This document shows positions 1 to 15,421 of a stretch of 64,000 nucleotides of DNA, piece after piece. The notes under the pieces are model-generated. The model was not told the origin of the DNA, made no database searches, and saw nothing but the letters and a program-made list of their open reading frames with translations. Every line of letters starts with the position of its first letter. The first letter of the stretch is position 1. The stretch lies in contig OZ024740.1 in the NCBI GenBank assembly GCA_964016885.1, positions 379,316,001-379,380,000 on the forward strand, given 5' to 3'. This stretch comes from Eledone cirrhosa (lineage: Eukaryota). The translations under genes were made by a program, and so were the position numbers.

Positions 1-268
1 ACAGACCCACTAAGGTTGAGGGACAGCAATGAATTCCTAATTTTTTTCATGCGATGTCTTGAAAGTTAGTAATGCTAAATATAGATACAAATTCAATGCT
101 AAATCTGAGAACGTTACTTCTCAGTGAGGAATACGTAAGTGAATTTCCCTAGCATATGAGATAACCTGTTTAGTTTTATTTCAGTGTATTATTAATTACA
201 TCTGATGTTCAGAGAGGGGTTACATTTCATAGAATATTCGGTTTCAACACACACACACAAACACACAC

Positions 269-344
<76 letters not shown>

Positions 345-2250
345 AAAAAATCAACAGAAATAACAAAGCAAACGATTGACCACCTGGCTGCAAGGTATTA
401 GCTCCCCAGGAATATAAAACGAGGCATGATAGAATAGGTCAATACTTAAACTGATTAATGAGTAGGTTTTATGGTCTGAAAACGGAGGGAAAATGGTACA
501 ACTATCACTCAGACATACTAAATGCATGGCAATAGATTGAATATTTGACGTGATAGTGTTACAGTTTGGTAAAATTGTTTTACCTAATAGTATAATCAAC
601 CAGGCCGTGAGTGCACTGTGAAATATTTTGATATTGTAAAACAGACAAAAATCTACAATAATATTAATATGTAACACACTTTTAAGCTTTAATAACATAT
701 GTTGGTGAAATAACACAGACATCATCTATTATCGCGTTAAAAGTTTTTCTCACAAGTATGTCTTCTACGTGATACTAATCAGTTTTTATGTTATGACAGC
801 TTATATATAAAGGTGTCTCGAAGATAATGTCTAAAATGGCCTTCATATTAATTGTGTATACAATGAATTAAGGTAGTTTTTGATAGCTTTGAATTAAACG
901 TCTAACATCTGTGCCTGAAGCTTGCTGCACTATAACATTTACATTTATTGTTTATTAGATGTCTCGCTTAGATTGCAATGAAATGCAATAACTCTGTATC
1001 TGACATCATTGTCTCGACTGGACGTTATCATAAAAATGTGTTAGATTTGTATATGAAATAAAACAATTCATGCAAGAGAATATCATTGCATTAGCACCTT
1101 GCCTGTATCTAGTTATTCAATTAGGTATGTTAATAACATAATGTATATTCAGAAAATAAACGTTTTGTAATTTGTCTTAAGCAGCAGGATATTATATACA
1201 ATGCAATTACTTTAACCCCTTTGATACCCAGCTGCCTGAAACCACCTTTGTTTCAAAATGTTTATAACTATGTGAAATCTGTCCATCAAACTTTTATGTA
1301 TGAACCTTTGTTGAGTTATATTCCAATCACTAAATGAAAAATGAGAAGGTTATAATTATATTACAATATCCCACCAATATGTTAATTATTTTCGAAATTA
1401 TTTGAAAATCATAAGCAGCGCCTTTCATAAGAATTATGATAAAGAAAGGGTTATACTTTTAAACAAATTCAATGACTAATGATTGTTGTCAAACAGGACA
1501 ATATTTAACAATAGTTTTTCGGTGGTAGATGAGATTTTCTCTTATATGCCTCTTTTGCTTTGTCAGAGATTTTGTTTGATATTCATACAGAAAATAAAAT
1601 GTGTCTTGTCAAATAATTCAACACAATGCCTGCAACATAACATTAGAAATTAAAGCTCTTCCACCCAAATATTTCACGCCTATGTATGTGTTACTACCGT
1701 CTATTTTTCTTTAACCTTCTAATACAGAAGCATCCTCCATACGCAACATATACATGACAAGCCGAAATTGTACTTCTAATTTCTCGAATAGCGTTCCAAA
1801 AAACATTCTCCAATGAGAATCTAATCTCCTTCAGCGACATAAAATTGTAGTTATTTTAACCGAATGAAACTGTCTTATAGTCTCCGTTGGTACTCAATTA
1901 AATCCTTCAGAATTACTACGAATTCTAGGTTTCACAGTATTTAATGATAATTTACAGTAACGTGGCTTATAAAATTGCTAACACAACATTCCAAAGTTTA
2001 GGATTCCTAAACTTTCGCTCAGATCAATAGCTGATTCCCTAAATATGCCCAGCATGACTTGCATTGTCCAGAACAATGCTGGTGCTGCGTAAATAAACAT
2101 CCTAAGCAACAGTCAAGAAAAAGAAAACATTCTTTATTCTCTAAGTCCCTTCTAGCAGACCTGGCAATTTCTAAAAACCCAAACGGGGAGTACCATGAAA
2201 AAAGTGCCCCAAAAATGGGGAGAAATGAGGCAAAATGGGGAGATTTTATA

Positions 2251-2439
2251 TAATTGTTTCTACTTTAGGCACAAGGCCAGCAATTACCCAGTGCATTACT
2301 GGTACTTTATTTTATCGACCCCGTAAGGATGAAAGGCAAAGTCAACCTCGGCGGGATTTGAACTCAGATCGTAAAGGGACGTAACTATGCTGGAAAGCAT
2401 GGCGTCCGACCCTCTACTGATACTCCTAATCCACCGCCC
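2251..2439 (-). mobile_element. tRNA-derived SINE, family A
   Basis: Minus strand: A-box-like start, B-box GAGTTCAAATCCC, core GCCTTTCATCCTTACGGGGTCGATAAAATAAAGTACCAGT; many near-identical copies in the window. Confidence 0.88.
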
Positions 2440-4729
2440 TTTGATTTTATATAATAAAAGCTATACCCATTTTCACAAGAGAAGACATTTCTCACCTACC
2501 CCAAAGTGGGTGGGAGACCTCTCCGTCCGACGGGGAGAGTTGACAGGTCTGCTTCTAATGCTATTTTGACTTCTATTTCATTTTGGTGTACGTGCGATAT
2601 TACGAAGTCAGCATTATATCTCATCATTCCTATCAGAACTGCATACCGCCCGAATTTTCTTGCACACGTTGACTTATTGATATCTAAGCAGAACAACAAC
2701 TAATTCGATTTTACCATCGAAGAAGGCTACAAATGCTATGGGCTCAGTTTCTCATTTAACTAATTAATTTTAAACACAAAACTAAGAAGAGTAAACTATT
2801 TCAAACATCTCCTCCAAATCTACTTGAATACATCATGCCTATAACCTGAATATTCTAGTTACACAAGAACGTGTGACGTCAATTTGCTTGTCATAGCAAT
2901 AGCAGTACTCTTTCATTAAATAATCCACTTAATTATTGGAAATATGTTTATTTCAACTGACTGCTGTCATCAAAACATTGTTTACAATCTTCTGGAAAAA
3001 CATAGTTTTGATTTAATCTTCTTATTTTGCAGGATCTTTCAAGAAAATATTTTTTGCATGGTTTAATTTGAAAAGCTTTTGGTTCTTGACAGAACTTAAG
3101 AGTTTACATTTGTCAGCTGTCTTATGGGAAATTGTTTGAACAGAACTGAAGTACTATAAGCGTGTCGAGCGAGCTTTTAAATGAACGTCCAAAAACAATC
3201 CAAAGAAATTAACAATCGTATTATTTTTACTGTGTGTGTGTTAACAATAACTTTCCAGACATTCAAGTGTCACAAGCTATTGTTTTATATTCATTGGTTA
3301 TTGATCTCTAATGAAACCAGAGATTTATCAATTATCGATATAACTCAAGAAAAAAATAACTGTCATGTATATTTCGTTTTTCTATTGATCATGTTGTTTC
3401 CATGTGGCATATTTGAACTAGAACAAGTTATATCGGAAGTCTATATATTAGGTTGGGAAGTAATTTCTAATAGCAGCTCTCTACTTCACTCATTTGATGA
3501 TTTTCACCTGTTAGTCCACGTATAAATTGTTTGTTAACCATGTTATATAATATACTGCATTTATTTATTTATTTATTTATTGTCTAGGACATTTAATACA
3601 TTACTTTATTACTTTATATATTCCATCTAGTAAATTCTTTACATTAAAAACAAACTATGGTGGACTGTTTAATTCTAGTTTGTGTCATGGATATGATCCT
3701 CCTTTCTTAGTAACATGTTACAGTCCTCCTGTGTGCCTTATTATTACTTCCTCTCTGCATATTAGTAATCTGACACGTTTTTCCAATAACTGTATTATAC
3801 AGCTTGATCAGTTATTCATATTTTAATCCAAACTCTTAAACAGTAAAATATTTTTCACAAAAAGTTATTTTTATATTCTCTAATGAACTTGATCTCTATT
3901 CCTCTGGGAGTTATTAGAGATGGAAAAGAATCGACTCAAAATGTTTGGGGCATACAATTTCGATTCTCTACACTCTTACTTCAATTGCCATCCTGGTCGA
4001 CTTTTAATCGTCTTACTTTTCTATAAGTAGGAATTATATATTGGAGTCGACCCAGTAACTATATGCAACTCCTATATATTTATGAACTTGCAGGAATATA
4101 AGTTTTTAAATCAATAATTTTTCTTACTCCATTGTCTATCTATTCCTCTGCGTCTTTTTATTTTTTTGCTACACATTCCCTCCAACGTGTAAACAGTATT
4201 TATTATTTTCTCTTGAATGAAAGATTATCTATTTCGTAATTCTTTTTCCCATGTCATTTGTATTCACTTGCACATGATATATTGCCATATATCCTGTTAC
4301 TTTTTCCATTGTTTCTTTCGTAGTTATCGTATGTTTTAGCTTCCATCGTTATCATTGAAGTTTCTATTAATAATCCCATTTAGCATTTCTATATCTCTTT
4401 TAATGAAACTGCATCAGATTTATCACATATTGTTATTGAATCAGCTCTGCACTTTATAGTATACTCTAAGTATTTGTCAAATGATTCCAGCTTCACCAGA
4501 GGATTCCATCTAAATTTCGATTTATTTAATTTCTGTGTATCTCTTATTTCCACTGAAAGCTGTGACAGCTAGAAACTTAATTCTCGCTATGACAGAAATA
4601 GATGTGTACAAGAATACAAAAAACTGCGCAGCAGACAGACTGCCGTATGATATTTAATTACATTTCTTTACGTTGCGTTCAAATATCGTCCGAGTAGATT
4701 TTGACATGATCAATAAAATAAATACTAAT

Positions 4730-5030
4730 GCTGTCGCTTCGGCCGCCGTACCGTGGTCTGCAGTGTAGAGGAAAAGAAGACAAGCAAATACCAGGGCTTG
4801 CTCATCCGCTTCCTCTTTGCACCGATTGCTTTCGAGACCTCAGACATCCTCGGACCCCGTACGGCTGACCTCCTCTGTAAAATCAGAACGTCAACAGCCT
4901 ATCTGAGGAAGTAGCTCCGCGAGGTGGGTTGGCTGTTGCAGTGGGTGTCGCTGGCCATTGTCCACGGAAATGCCTTTGCCATATTATCCACGGGGAGGAG
5001 CCAAAACACCACTCTGACCTAGATACGAGA
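4730..5030 (+). mobile_element. Decayed 3' fragment of a CRE-like (RLE) LINE
   Basis: Manual translation EEKKTSKYQGLLIRFLFAPIAFETSDILGPRTADLL...*LREVGWLLQWVSLAIVHGNAFAILSTG aligns by eye with the C-terminus of ORF 17448-18422 (K..KY...F.PLAVE...LG...WLF.RVSLAV.RGNAFSILS). One internal stop. Confidence 0.8.
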
Positions 5031-7432
5031 GTTTGTCACCCTCTCCCCTCCTCCCTTTCTTTCTTCCGTTGCTTCGTAGTCCTTGCTATTTCCTTCCTTT
5101 TTCTCTTATTTATGGTCCTTTCCATAGAAGGAGTGAGAGTGACAGAGGAAATGTGAAAGTGGTTTAGAGAAAAACCGATCCCATTACTAGTGCTTTCTTT
5201 AACGACCTCAAAATGATGACAGGCAAAGCAGGTCAATATTAGAAATCGGTATAAAATTCATGAGATCGATGAAGATTGTCTAGACAATATGGTCGTGTCC
5301 GCGAAGCGCAGCCCCAATACTGCTGCGCCCAAGGCCTAGAGACCACCACCCTTCCCCTTTCCCCTCCCATTCTTCTGAGACGCTAGAGACCTTGCCTTTA
5401 CCTTCCTTTTCCGTTTTCATAACCACAAAAATCACATTTTTTAAACTAAAAACACAACACATTGATTATATCTGAAGAATAATACCAGATGACATTGGGA
5501 TAAATTAATTTTCTAATCTTCGATACATCATCAATGTTTATCATAATTTTAAGGCTAAAACGTTGTATACAAAACTGATATAACCCTGTTTATGTAAATC
5601 AATGGTAGAATTACTGTTAAATATTTACTAAAAAAAATTCTAAGTAAATGTCTTAGAGTATTTAGTTTCATTTTCCTGGACTCCATGTTTAAATCTCATT
5701 GGGATTGAATTTTTCTTTTATCGATACAGAATCAGTAAAATATGCATTTGGCTCAATTTCTCAGTAAACAAATGACAAAATGCGTATATGATTATTCATT
5801 ATCAGGAATATAGACATATAGACAGAATTTTTTTTTTACAGAATATATTTTTTTATGACTTCACAAAATATCTATTTATGTGCACAATAAATATTTGGTG
5901 AAAAAACGTAAGGAATAGCCAGTTAACAGTCATCTAAGTAAATATTCCTCAGCCAGTGAAGTCAAATTAGTTTGTCACCACTAAAAAATGTTGAATTTTA
6001 AATAAGCTTAAATTATGAACAAAAAAAGTATATTGATGATTCTCATATCTCTTAGAATGACTGAAACAACACATATGCCTTCATCTTTATGTCTTATCCG
6101 GTTCCTGTTTTACCATATAGCGTTGTAAAGTACTGAGCTAATGAAATACTCCATACAGTATAACCACTGTTAGGTTAGCGGGTGTTATATGTCTTTTCTA
6201 CAGTTTTAAAACTGCTCTTTTGACGCGATATAAACCACCAGTTGGCAGTTTGACATTCTAAAACTCCAGTCTGATGAGATTGTCGGATAATTCAGAGTGT
6301 TGCAATAGTATGAGTCATAAACCTTTTTTTAGATGGGAGGTTAACAATTTAAAAATATATATTTTCGTTGCGTAAGTTGAAAAATAAAAGCAAAACTAGT
6401 CTACATTGTAAGTTTATTATTAAAATTAAATTCATCTGTGAAGAAGAATAGAATTTGATATAAATTAGCACATTTTGAGTGTTACATAATTTTGCAATAA
6501 CTGATTATTTTAAATAAAGTTTTAAATATAGTTATTCGCTAATGAAGCACTTATTAATGATTTATATTCGCTTAATCATTTTCATTTCTATGTAAGAACG
6601 CTTTTGGGCACCAAATATTGGCCGAATAAATTATATCTTTCCTATCCTTCAAGCACGTTATTTTTTCTTAAATTCTCAAAATTGAATATAGTTTAAAATG
6701 AGAAAATAACTTCAACTACGAAGAAATAAATTAAAAAGAAGAAACACAAGGCACCGAATAGTCTGCATTTGGCATCCTACTATTTCAAGAACACGTAACT
6801 GCCATATTAGTTTACAAAGTGATTGATTATAAAACTCAAGTTTGACTCGTGTCCTTCTAGGCTTAACAAATTTGAGTTCATTTTCATCTTTCGATAGTGA
6901 TGTAATTATGTTCTGACTCAATGTTTCTAAATGCATATCTAAGTTTGTATAAGTGTATATTAATGTTTCTAAGCGTATAAATGTTGTTTTGTTGTTGTTG
7001 TCGGTTTTACCCAAATATCAATCTTGTTTGAATAGATCTATGAAAAGCATTCCAGTCATATTTATCTCACTTTTTGTAGAGCACCAAGCATGACATTAAC
7101 TAATGTGTCATACCTTGTTTCAGACAGTTGGATGCAGTTTGAAAGAAAATTGACTGCTATCTCTGGCAAGTTGGGTGACAGAGTAGAAGCTTACTCATTT
7201 CGTATTTATGTATTAGTGGAATACTACAATACATCTGTGAATACATAGATGTGTGTGTGTGTGTGTGTGTTACCCTGGAGTTTCACCTATGCACTTACAA
7301 GAACACGGATATATATATAATATTATTTTAATTTCATTTATGAACTATTTCTGTTATATAGAGAAGTATTTTTACAATCTTGCTATTTACTTAACAATCA
7401 CTGCATTATATTTCGTTGATTTACATTTACAG

Positions 7433-7615
7433 AAGGACAACTAAGGCCGCGTTCGGTTGATTTACAACGAAATGTCAACCGCTATGGGCATAGAACCAAC
7501 CAATATGAATTACCAAACCTCATTCTGCGTCGTGGTCAACCATTTGAAATACATATTGTATTTGACCGAAATTTCGTACCGTCTGAAGATACAATTGTTC
7601 TAAAATTCGTTACTG
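7433..7615 (+). CDS. Transglutaminase exon (N-terminal beta-sandwich domain)
   Basis: AG at 7431-32 (alternative NAGNAG AG at 7434-35), GTAAG at 7616. Manual translation GQLRPRSVDLQRNVNRYGHRTNQYELPNLILRRGQPFEIHIVFDRNFVPSEDTIVLKFVTG contains the TGase 'N...H.T..Y....L.LRRGQPF' signature. Not in the ORF track. Phase 1 end joins the 19222 exon. Confidence 0.93.
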
Positions 7616-7999
7616 GTAAGTGCATAGTTTTGGTTTTACTTTTGATTTCTTTTTTACTTATTATATATATTTCTATTGTTTTGAGAAATTAAAAAAACAT
7701 TTCTCTACTAAACAAAGACCAAAAGGAAATCTTATATACTAAACTCACCGTTCTGATTTCATTTCCTGCTTTAAAAATAGAAAAGACTCTTCGACTTCAG
7801 CTCAGAATATAGGACGGCTGATTTAAATATTTTAATGCATTTAATTCGGAGATCTGCATACAGTATTTGTAATTCTAAATGGACACATGTCACTTCATAG
7901 TGAGCATATGTCCCTTAAACAATGCTTAAAATTATTTAATATGATTAGTCAAGAATACATAATGTATCTTCATATAGCTTTCGGTCAGCTTATAGATTA

Positions 8000-8895
8000 C
8001 TAGCAGTGGTACCCGGTGTTGCACGGGATAAGGTATTTTGGAACGCGGGCCGCCAACAGACCTAATCGTGGAAAAGCTGCATGCCTGGACAATATATAAA
8101 GAAAATAAACCGAATACTCTGATGGCTGGATAATCTTTAAGATTTTCCTCGAAGCAGGAAAAATGCAAGTTTTTACCTAATGCGGGCCCTAGGGGATCAA
8201 GAAATTAATTTTTTATGTGCATAATATGCCTTGAAATTTCGGGAAAATCGGCTAGATGTAACGTCTCAAAAAAGCACTAAAATGCTGGGAAAATGAAGTT
8301 TTTCACCTAATGCGGGACCCTAGGCCATAAAAAAGTTGGATTTTCTTTGCTCACGGTATGAAGAAACTGACTAATACATAGTTACAATTTCAAGGAGATC
8401 GGTCTGACGTAACGCCTCAAAACAACCCTAAAAAACTGAAAAGACGCATTTTTTCACAAAAAAATAGAATGTTTTTATGTGTATAACACTCCTTGAAACA
8501 TAAGTAATACACATGTAAAGTTTGAAAAAAGTCGGTTGGGTACTTCTTGAGTTTTAGGGATTCAAACTCACAGACACATACACACACACAGACATCCTCA
8601 GGGAAGTGACGTAATGCAGACAGCCAGACATACAGACAGATATTATAAGGGCGCAGCGTTATATGTATGTATCTATCTAAAAAGAGAAAGACTAATATTT
8701 ATAGAGAGAGAGATCGCTAAATCGCCTAATGCGGTCCCTAGGGCATTGAAAATTTGAAATTATTTTTGCTTAGAACACTTCTTGAAACATAAGTATTACA
8801 TGTGTAAAGTTTGAAAACAGTCGGTTGGGTGCTACTCGAGTTTTAGGGATTCAAACTCACACACACACAGACATCTTCAGTTTTATATATATAGA
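8000..8895 (-). mobile_element. Non-autonomous Helitron
   Basis: On the minus strand it begins A|TCTATATATATAAAA (8895) and ends with the hairpin CCCGTGCAACACCGGG followed by CTAG|T (8000). Internal duplicated blocks and ACAG/CA repeats. Confidence 0.8.
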
Positions 8896-9545
8896 TTATG
8901 ATCGTGAATCGGACGGTAAGGACCTTGCTCAGTCCATAGGCATTAGTTTGAAGACAACAAATAATAATTTTAAACTGTGTAAAAATAAAAAAGCGAGAAG
9001 TATTATCAAGGGTCAATGTGTCAATGTGGATTCTAGTGGAAGGATTACCTCCTTATACAACATAATAATAACAATCTTTCAATTACCAGACAAGAGATTG
9101 AAAACATGAGATTGGAATTGCCACAAAAATCACTTGTATGCGATAATTGCATTTATAGCCTTTAAATAGTATGTTGATAACAAGGAAAAATTGTTTCTAG
9201 TACCAGAAGATAAAAATTGATCTGATATTATCGTTGCTAGATATGAAATTGCTAATTGCTATTTGACAAATGCTACTTCCTCTAGAAAGCCAATATTTTC
9301 TGTAGAATAAGTAGAGTTAGTCTCTACTCTACTAACACCCGTGACCAATCCTTAAAAGGCCAGTTTGTAGTTAGAATCTTTTACGGAAAAGAAGGAAAAC
9401 ATTTCAATATGATTGCTGCTATGCCAAACGCAGTGGGACTGGTCTTGTTAGAATTTCATGCTCACGTATATACGGCACAATTTGAAACCTTTCCTCGTCT
9501 TTCAGCTGATCATTTTCAACTCCAGAAATATACCTGGATATTCAA

Positions 9546-9736
9546 TAATTGTTTCTACGTTAGGCACAAGGCCAGCAATTACCCAGTGCATTACTGGTAC
9601 TTTATTTTATCGACCCCGTAAGGATGAAAGGCAAAGTTAACCTTGGCGGGATTTGAACTCAGAATGGCAAGGGCCGTAACTCTATACGTCAAAGCATGGC
9701 GTCCGACCCTCTACCGATACTGCCAATCCACCGCCC
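9546..9736 (-). mobile_element. tRNA-derived SINE, family A
   Basis: Near-identical to 2251-2439. Confidence 0.88.
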
Positions 9737-11367
9737 TCCCGCATATTCAATAATGCACTGTAATCGATGTTTCAATTCAAGCTACTTATAATTGATATCT
9801 GAAACGTCGGCCCTTGCATTTGACCATTATTGTTCTCATAGTTAAATGTTTCTTGTCTAAAGCCACGCACGTGCTAGAAATCTCATACACATTTATCTAC
9901 ACGTAAATGTACACATACTTGAAATATCATACACAGATATATTGCTTTGGAAAATTAGCACTCATTGGATGCCATAGTCCTCCTCCTTCTCCTCCTTCTT
10001 CTTCTTATTATTATTCTTATTCTTCTTCTTGGGAGGCGTGTGATGGACGCACAAAGATTGCGTATCCCGAGACCCCAAAGAGGGTTCGGAAGGGAGCAAA
10101 CCTAGACAATAAGATTGTCGTACTTATCCCTGAAAAAAAAAAAAAATGAATGCTATTCCAATTATTGGGTCTCGTAATTTGGCTGATGGAAATTTATAAT
10201 CCCACTGGTAAGTTCATATTGACATTACAAATGACGTTATGATGTTTTCATCTTGTGTTTTCTATTAAAGAAATTTGTTTGCGTTAATTTAATTTTTAAA
10301 CTATTGTTCTTACTTTGAAATTGTTTTTCGCACTTCTATGTGGCAGTTTTACTTTCAAATCATTAATCTCAATTTTCATCAACCAAGTGAAATAAAATAA
10401 CAATCAAAGCAAACATTTGTATGAGAAGTAAATTGTGTGTTGGCAGAGATACTACTATAGTCACAATACCAAATAGAATTGCAAGAAATGTGGTATTTCT
10501 ACTACAGATGTTTGCATTTTTTGTGTAAGGAAAATGTCATACATTTAGCGAAGTGTAAGTGGATGTATTATGACATTCATGGTGCTGTTATTGTTGTTTA
10601 TTCTCATGTCAACATTGATTGAGAAGACATTTACTCAAAATCATCCCATTTATAACCACCTCATCGTTTTGTACGTATAGAACTATATTGCCTAATACGT
10701 TCTTCTTCTTAGAAACTGCAGGGTGTGCTTTCAGGTAAATTTGCTTGCCATTTCTGCCAAGTCAAGCAAATATACTAACGCTTCTCTTTAACAATGGGAG
10801 TTGTAAGTGAAATAAACTTGCATTAACTAATAATTGAAATTCACCTTCCCATGAGCTTCGAAATTTAGGTTAGGGCATTCACCATTTTCTTTGTCTGGAA
10901 ACTTTGACGTTGTGTATAATGAAAGGAAAAAGAGTATTACAATATATAGCAGTTATACACGATGCGTCGATGGTGAGTTAGATATTTCGATTACTAATTA
11001 TAGTCAATTTACTTCTACAATTCTAACGCTTTTGGGAAAGCCATTGAAGTAATACAATCCCATTTATCGAATATTCCAGTAAAATATCTACTACATATAC
11101 GTGGTTCGAACATAATTTATTTCAGTTACGTACTTTCATCCCTTAAACTGACTTCCAATTGTATAAAATTGTTCTGTGAGTGAGTTTTATGCCGACGGAA
11201 GAAAAATATCTTCAACTAAATCTAAAAGTTAATAGAATGGAATTATTCACATATAAAAGACATTCATTTTCAGTTGCTGGAATAAATAATAGATTGACAT
11301 GTGTCACAAGTTAATTATTTTCGTATGGAATAGAATATATTATTGTATGAAGTGGTCATATAAGAAG

Positions 11368-11520
11368 CCAGCGAATTGGCAGAGTCGTCAGAACGTCAGG
11401 TAGTATGTTTTACGATATTCGTTCCGGGTCTCTAATTTCAAATCCCACCGATGTGAGCTTTACCTATCATCCTTTCGAAGTCAATAAATAAAGTACCATT
11501 CTAGTACTGGAGTCGATTTT
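11368..11520 (+). mobile_element. SINE family A, diverged
   Basis: TTGGCAGAGTCG...TTCAAATCCCACCG...TCATCCTTTCGAAGTCAATAAATAAAGTACC. Confidence 0.7.
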
Positions 11521-12229
11521 TCCTCAGTATCTCATTCTCACTTCCTCTTTCCCTGGAAGAAGTCTGCTGTGTTCAGACCTGAAGAGGGGTGGGCTCTGTC
11601 AGGCTTAAAATTCCTGCGACCCCCTCAGGAGTTACGGGTCCATACAATACATAAACTACATAACTCTATTTTAATGCTATATATACATATATATATATAT
11701 AGTGTGTGTGTGTGTGTGTGCATGTGTGCGGCTGTGTTAATGTGTGTGTCAGTACACCCTTGAGCACAACCAATTTCAACCTGGTGCATGGTCATCTATG
11801 ACTAAACCAACAAACGCAGTAGGCTGCAGAAGAAGAGATCCTGAACACGTACAAACACTCTGTATGTGTGTTTAAATATACCAGTCACGTACTGGGTCGA
11901 TTCTTCCTCTATTTCTTCTGTTCTCTTACTCTGTATCCTTCACTGGAAGAAATCTGCTGTAGAGATGAGCTTCGTCAGGTTTAATAGAATGCTCTAGAAA
12001 TGCCGTATGTCGATACGGTGCCCCTGCAACTACCTCAGGAGTATATATAATGCGCAGTACACTGTGTGCAACTACCTCAAGAGTATAGGACCATGCATGC
12101 ATGTATGTGTATATTACCTTGACCACCTTGACCGACCAGTCTGTCGGGCGCCATTCGGCGCCGCATGTCACAGCACGTGCTGTTTTAGCCGTATGAGGAG
12201 GCCATCGCACTGGCTGGGCGAGCAGAAGG

Positions 12230-12488
12230 CTCATTTGGCCGGTGCTTATCTCGGCTTCATGGCGTAAAGCGACTGAGAGTACAAGACTCCCCCCTGGACA
12301 GGACGCCAGTCCATCGCAGGGTTAAACCTCCAGCTATTACTGGTACTCATTTTCAGCTGAGTAAATTGGAGCAACGTGAAATAAAGTGTCTTGCTCAAGG
12401 AAACAACACATCACCCGGTCCGAGAATTGAACTCACAACCTTTCGATTGCAAGTCCAATGCTCTAACCACTAAGCCATGCGCCTTCAT
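12230..12488 (-). mobile_element. tRNA-derived SINE, family B
   Basis: Minus strand TGGCTTAGTGGTTAGAGC...GAGTTCAATTCTC...CCTTGAGCAAGACACTTTATTTCACGTTGCTCC. Confidence 0.85.
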
Positions 12489-12527
12489 GTGTGTATATAT
12501 GTATATATATACCTTTATATGTGTGTG

Positions 12528-12616
<89 letters not shown>

Positions 12617-13042
12617 TGAACAATGAAAATAAAACAGGGTTCCTTGGTCATGGATAGTTTTTATGTCACCACCTATTTCTAGTCTCAACATTTACTGATT
12701 CATCTTACCGTCTTCCTTAATGGGTGGTGACATAACCACTATCTATTAGTCAATATATCAATTTAACATGATGAATCAACCCTCTGAAACGATCGTAAAA
12801 ACAAGGAACTAATTCAGAATCTATATTTGACTTTTGTTTTATTTTTATTCTTTAATACACACACATATATATATATATAAATGACTAGCTCGAGCGGAAT
12901 CTTCCAGGGAACTTTATGTGATGAAAGCCTACCACAAAAACTTCAGCTCTCATCGCCAAATCTCATTAAAAGGCTGCACTGAGTTCTAACAATGTTATCG
13001 GCTCAATAAACAGGTACAACTAGTAAATAAATAAATAAATAA

Positions 13043-13135
<93 letters not shown>

Positions 13136-14094
13136 TCATCATCATCATCATCATCATTTAGCATCTGTTTTCCTACTTAGCAAGGGTGTGATGGGTGGTC
13201 ATAAGCAATGTCAGTATTTAATTGATGCTACTGGCGTCTCTGATGGGCATACTGTCGTAACACCAGCACCAGCACCAGAAGACTAAAATGAAGAACTTTC
13301 TCTACCCTACGGGAAGAATAGGGCGGGGATGCTGTGCGAAGAATGATAGATATGATGCAACGGGAGTATTACAATTGTGGTGGGATTTGATAGGGTGATG
13401 TATGAGGGGAGGGTCTTACCCTCGATAGCATGGGAGGAGTACTGTGAAGCTGAGAACAGCTGCTAGGGGGTTATGACTGGTGTTTGATTATTTAAGAAAG
13501 GTGGGATAAGGAGTTTTGTCTGATGTGTTAGAATTTAAGAAAGCTAGGTTGATCCTTGATATAGTTGGGGTGGTGTGTACAATGATGGTTGGAATTGCTT
13601 CTAATGAGCGATAGTGGAGGTGGCACATGAATGGATCCTATCACATTCTTTATGCTGGTAGTCTTCTCTTGTAGCACAGTCTCTGTCGCAAGTCTCAGCT
13701 TCCTAAGGCTTGTCTTAGCAACTTTGTTCCCTGTCATCCTCGGTTTATCTGAGATTTCCCTTCACTTCTTTATATAGCTGTCATCTTCCATACACACCAC
13801 ATGTCCATACCTATACTGTTTTCTCTCTTGCACACCATATCCAGTTCCTCTTCTGCCAAATTATTCTCTCTACTTGTTTATGCTACGTCATTCATGTACA
13901 CTAACATTATATATTCACCGGATCATACTCGCTACATTTCTTTCTAGATTTCGCAGGTCTTCTGCAGTTAAGACTCATGTCTCACTGTCCGTAAGCATCA
14001 TACAGTTACACCTCTTTGTTGTCAATAGATATACTAACTCCTTAATTTTTTCCAGCCTGTTCTGACTCTAGCTACCACACTTTCAGGAGAAGGG

Positions 14095-14152
<58 letters not shown>

Positions 14153-15229
14153 AAGAGGGAGAGAGAGAGAGAAAAAGGGAGAAAAAGAGAGAGAGAGGGG
14201 GAGTGAGAGAAAGTATAGAAATTGTTTGTTGAATTTGTATCCGATTTCTCTCCTACGTCAGATAGTGTTGTTCATAACGTTGTTCCGATGCTGCTCGCTT
14301 CTGTGGACCAATATAAATTTAGATTATCTTAACTGAACAGATTAAATCTGAGCTTTCAAAACCGGTCAACATACGGTTTACTTGAACTCTAGTCAATAAA
14401 CAAATAATTCTGTAAATATTCGCGTCTCCAGCTATAAATTACTTGGTCGAGTTCAGACTATAGCCTCATAGACTTTTTCCAATGTTTATCTTGTGATAGA
14501 AATATATTTCCTAATGAATAGTTTTTTTACGCTATTTGACAATTCTTTCGTACGGTTTGTAGACATGAGAATTTTTTTGTATATGCTTTTATAATGTTTC
14601 CTACCAAGCTGACTTTAATTTATAAATGTATTATAAATCAGAGTTATAGTTTGATTTTTTTTTTAATGTTCAATAAGAAACCTTGCAATATATTTTCATG
14701 GAAACTAATTTTATAATTTTGGTAGTAATATTTTTTGTACAGGCAACATTGGAAAACAATATTTTCTAGTTTTTTTCATGGAATACTCTATCACCAACAA
14801 AACAGGCTAAACTCTGTAGCTTTATTTTTAACAGAACCGTGGAATATAGGTGTCGGATAATTTAATGCCCATTTTCTTTCTTTTTTTTTTCGGAGCAATA
14901 ATTCATTTTATAAGTATAAAAGGTTAGGTTCGTGATGGTTTTAATTTCATTCACTTCGCTAAGATAACTGAATAACATCTTAACCGAAGATATATGCATC
15001 ATTGGATGAACATTTCAAAATTACAGTATTTAACCAATTACCGGAACAGCTACATTTAATCTAAATATTTTTCACTTACATTGAACATCTTCTATTTAGT
15101 ATCCTAGCATTAGTTCTTTACTGATTGTATTCCATGGTTCCTCTGGGTGATATGACATTAATAAATAGCGCACATATATTAAAATATATTTGCCAATTCA
15201 TAGTGAGACATTGTATGGTTAAGAGTATC

Positions 15230-15421
15230 GTTATGATATAGATTATATTACGCATAACTGATTACATGTTTTGAAATTAATCTTTGGGGTACACACATTT
15301 TTACTCCCCACTTTCAACAAATTATGTTATGATATAGATTATATTACGCATAACTGATTACATGTTTTGAAATTAATCTTTGGGGTACACACATTTTTAC
15401 TCCCCACTTTCAACAAATTAT
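15230..15421. repeat. Perfect ~96-bp tandem duplication
   Basis: TTATGATATAGATTATATTACGC...CTTTCAACAAATTAT occurs twice, adjacent. Confidence 0.92.

Noticed and set aside
6265-6305. CTGATGA core-1 match
   Set aside because: No GAAA core or closing stems.
1-7432. First coding exon or promoter of the transglutaminase
   Set aside because: A short phase-1 exon is expected, but no candidate can be distinguished without transcript data.
15230-15421. CRISPR-like or functional array
   Set aside because: A simple two-copy duplication without spacers, in eukaryotic DNA.
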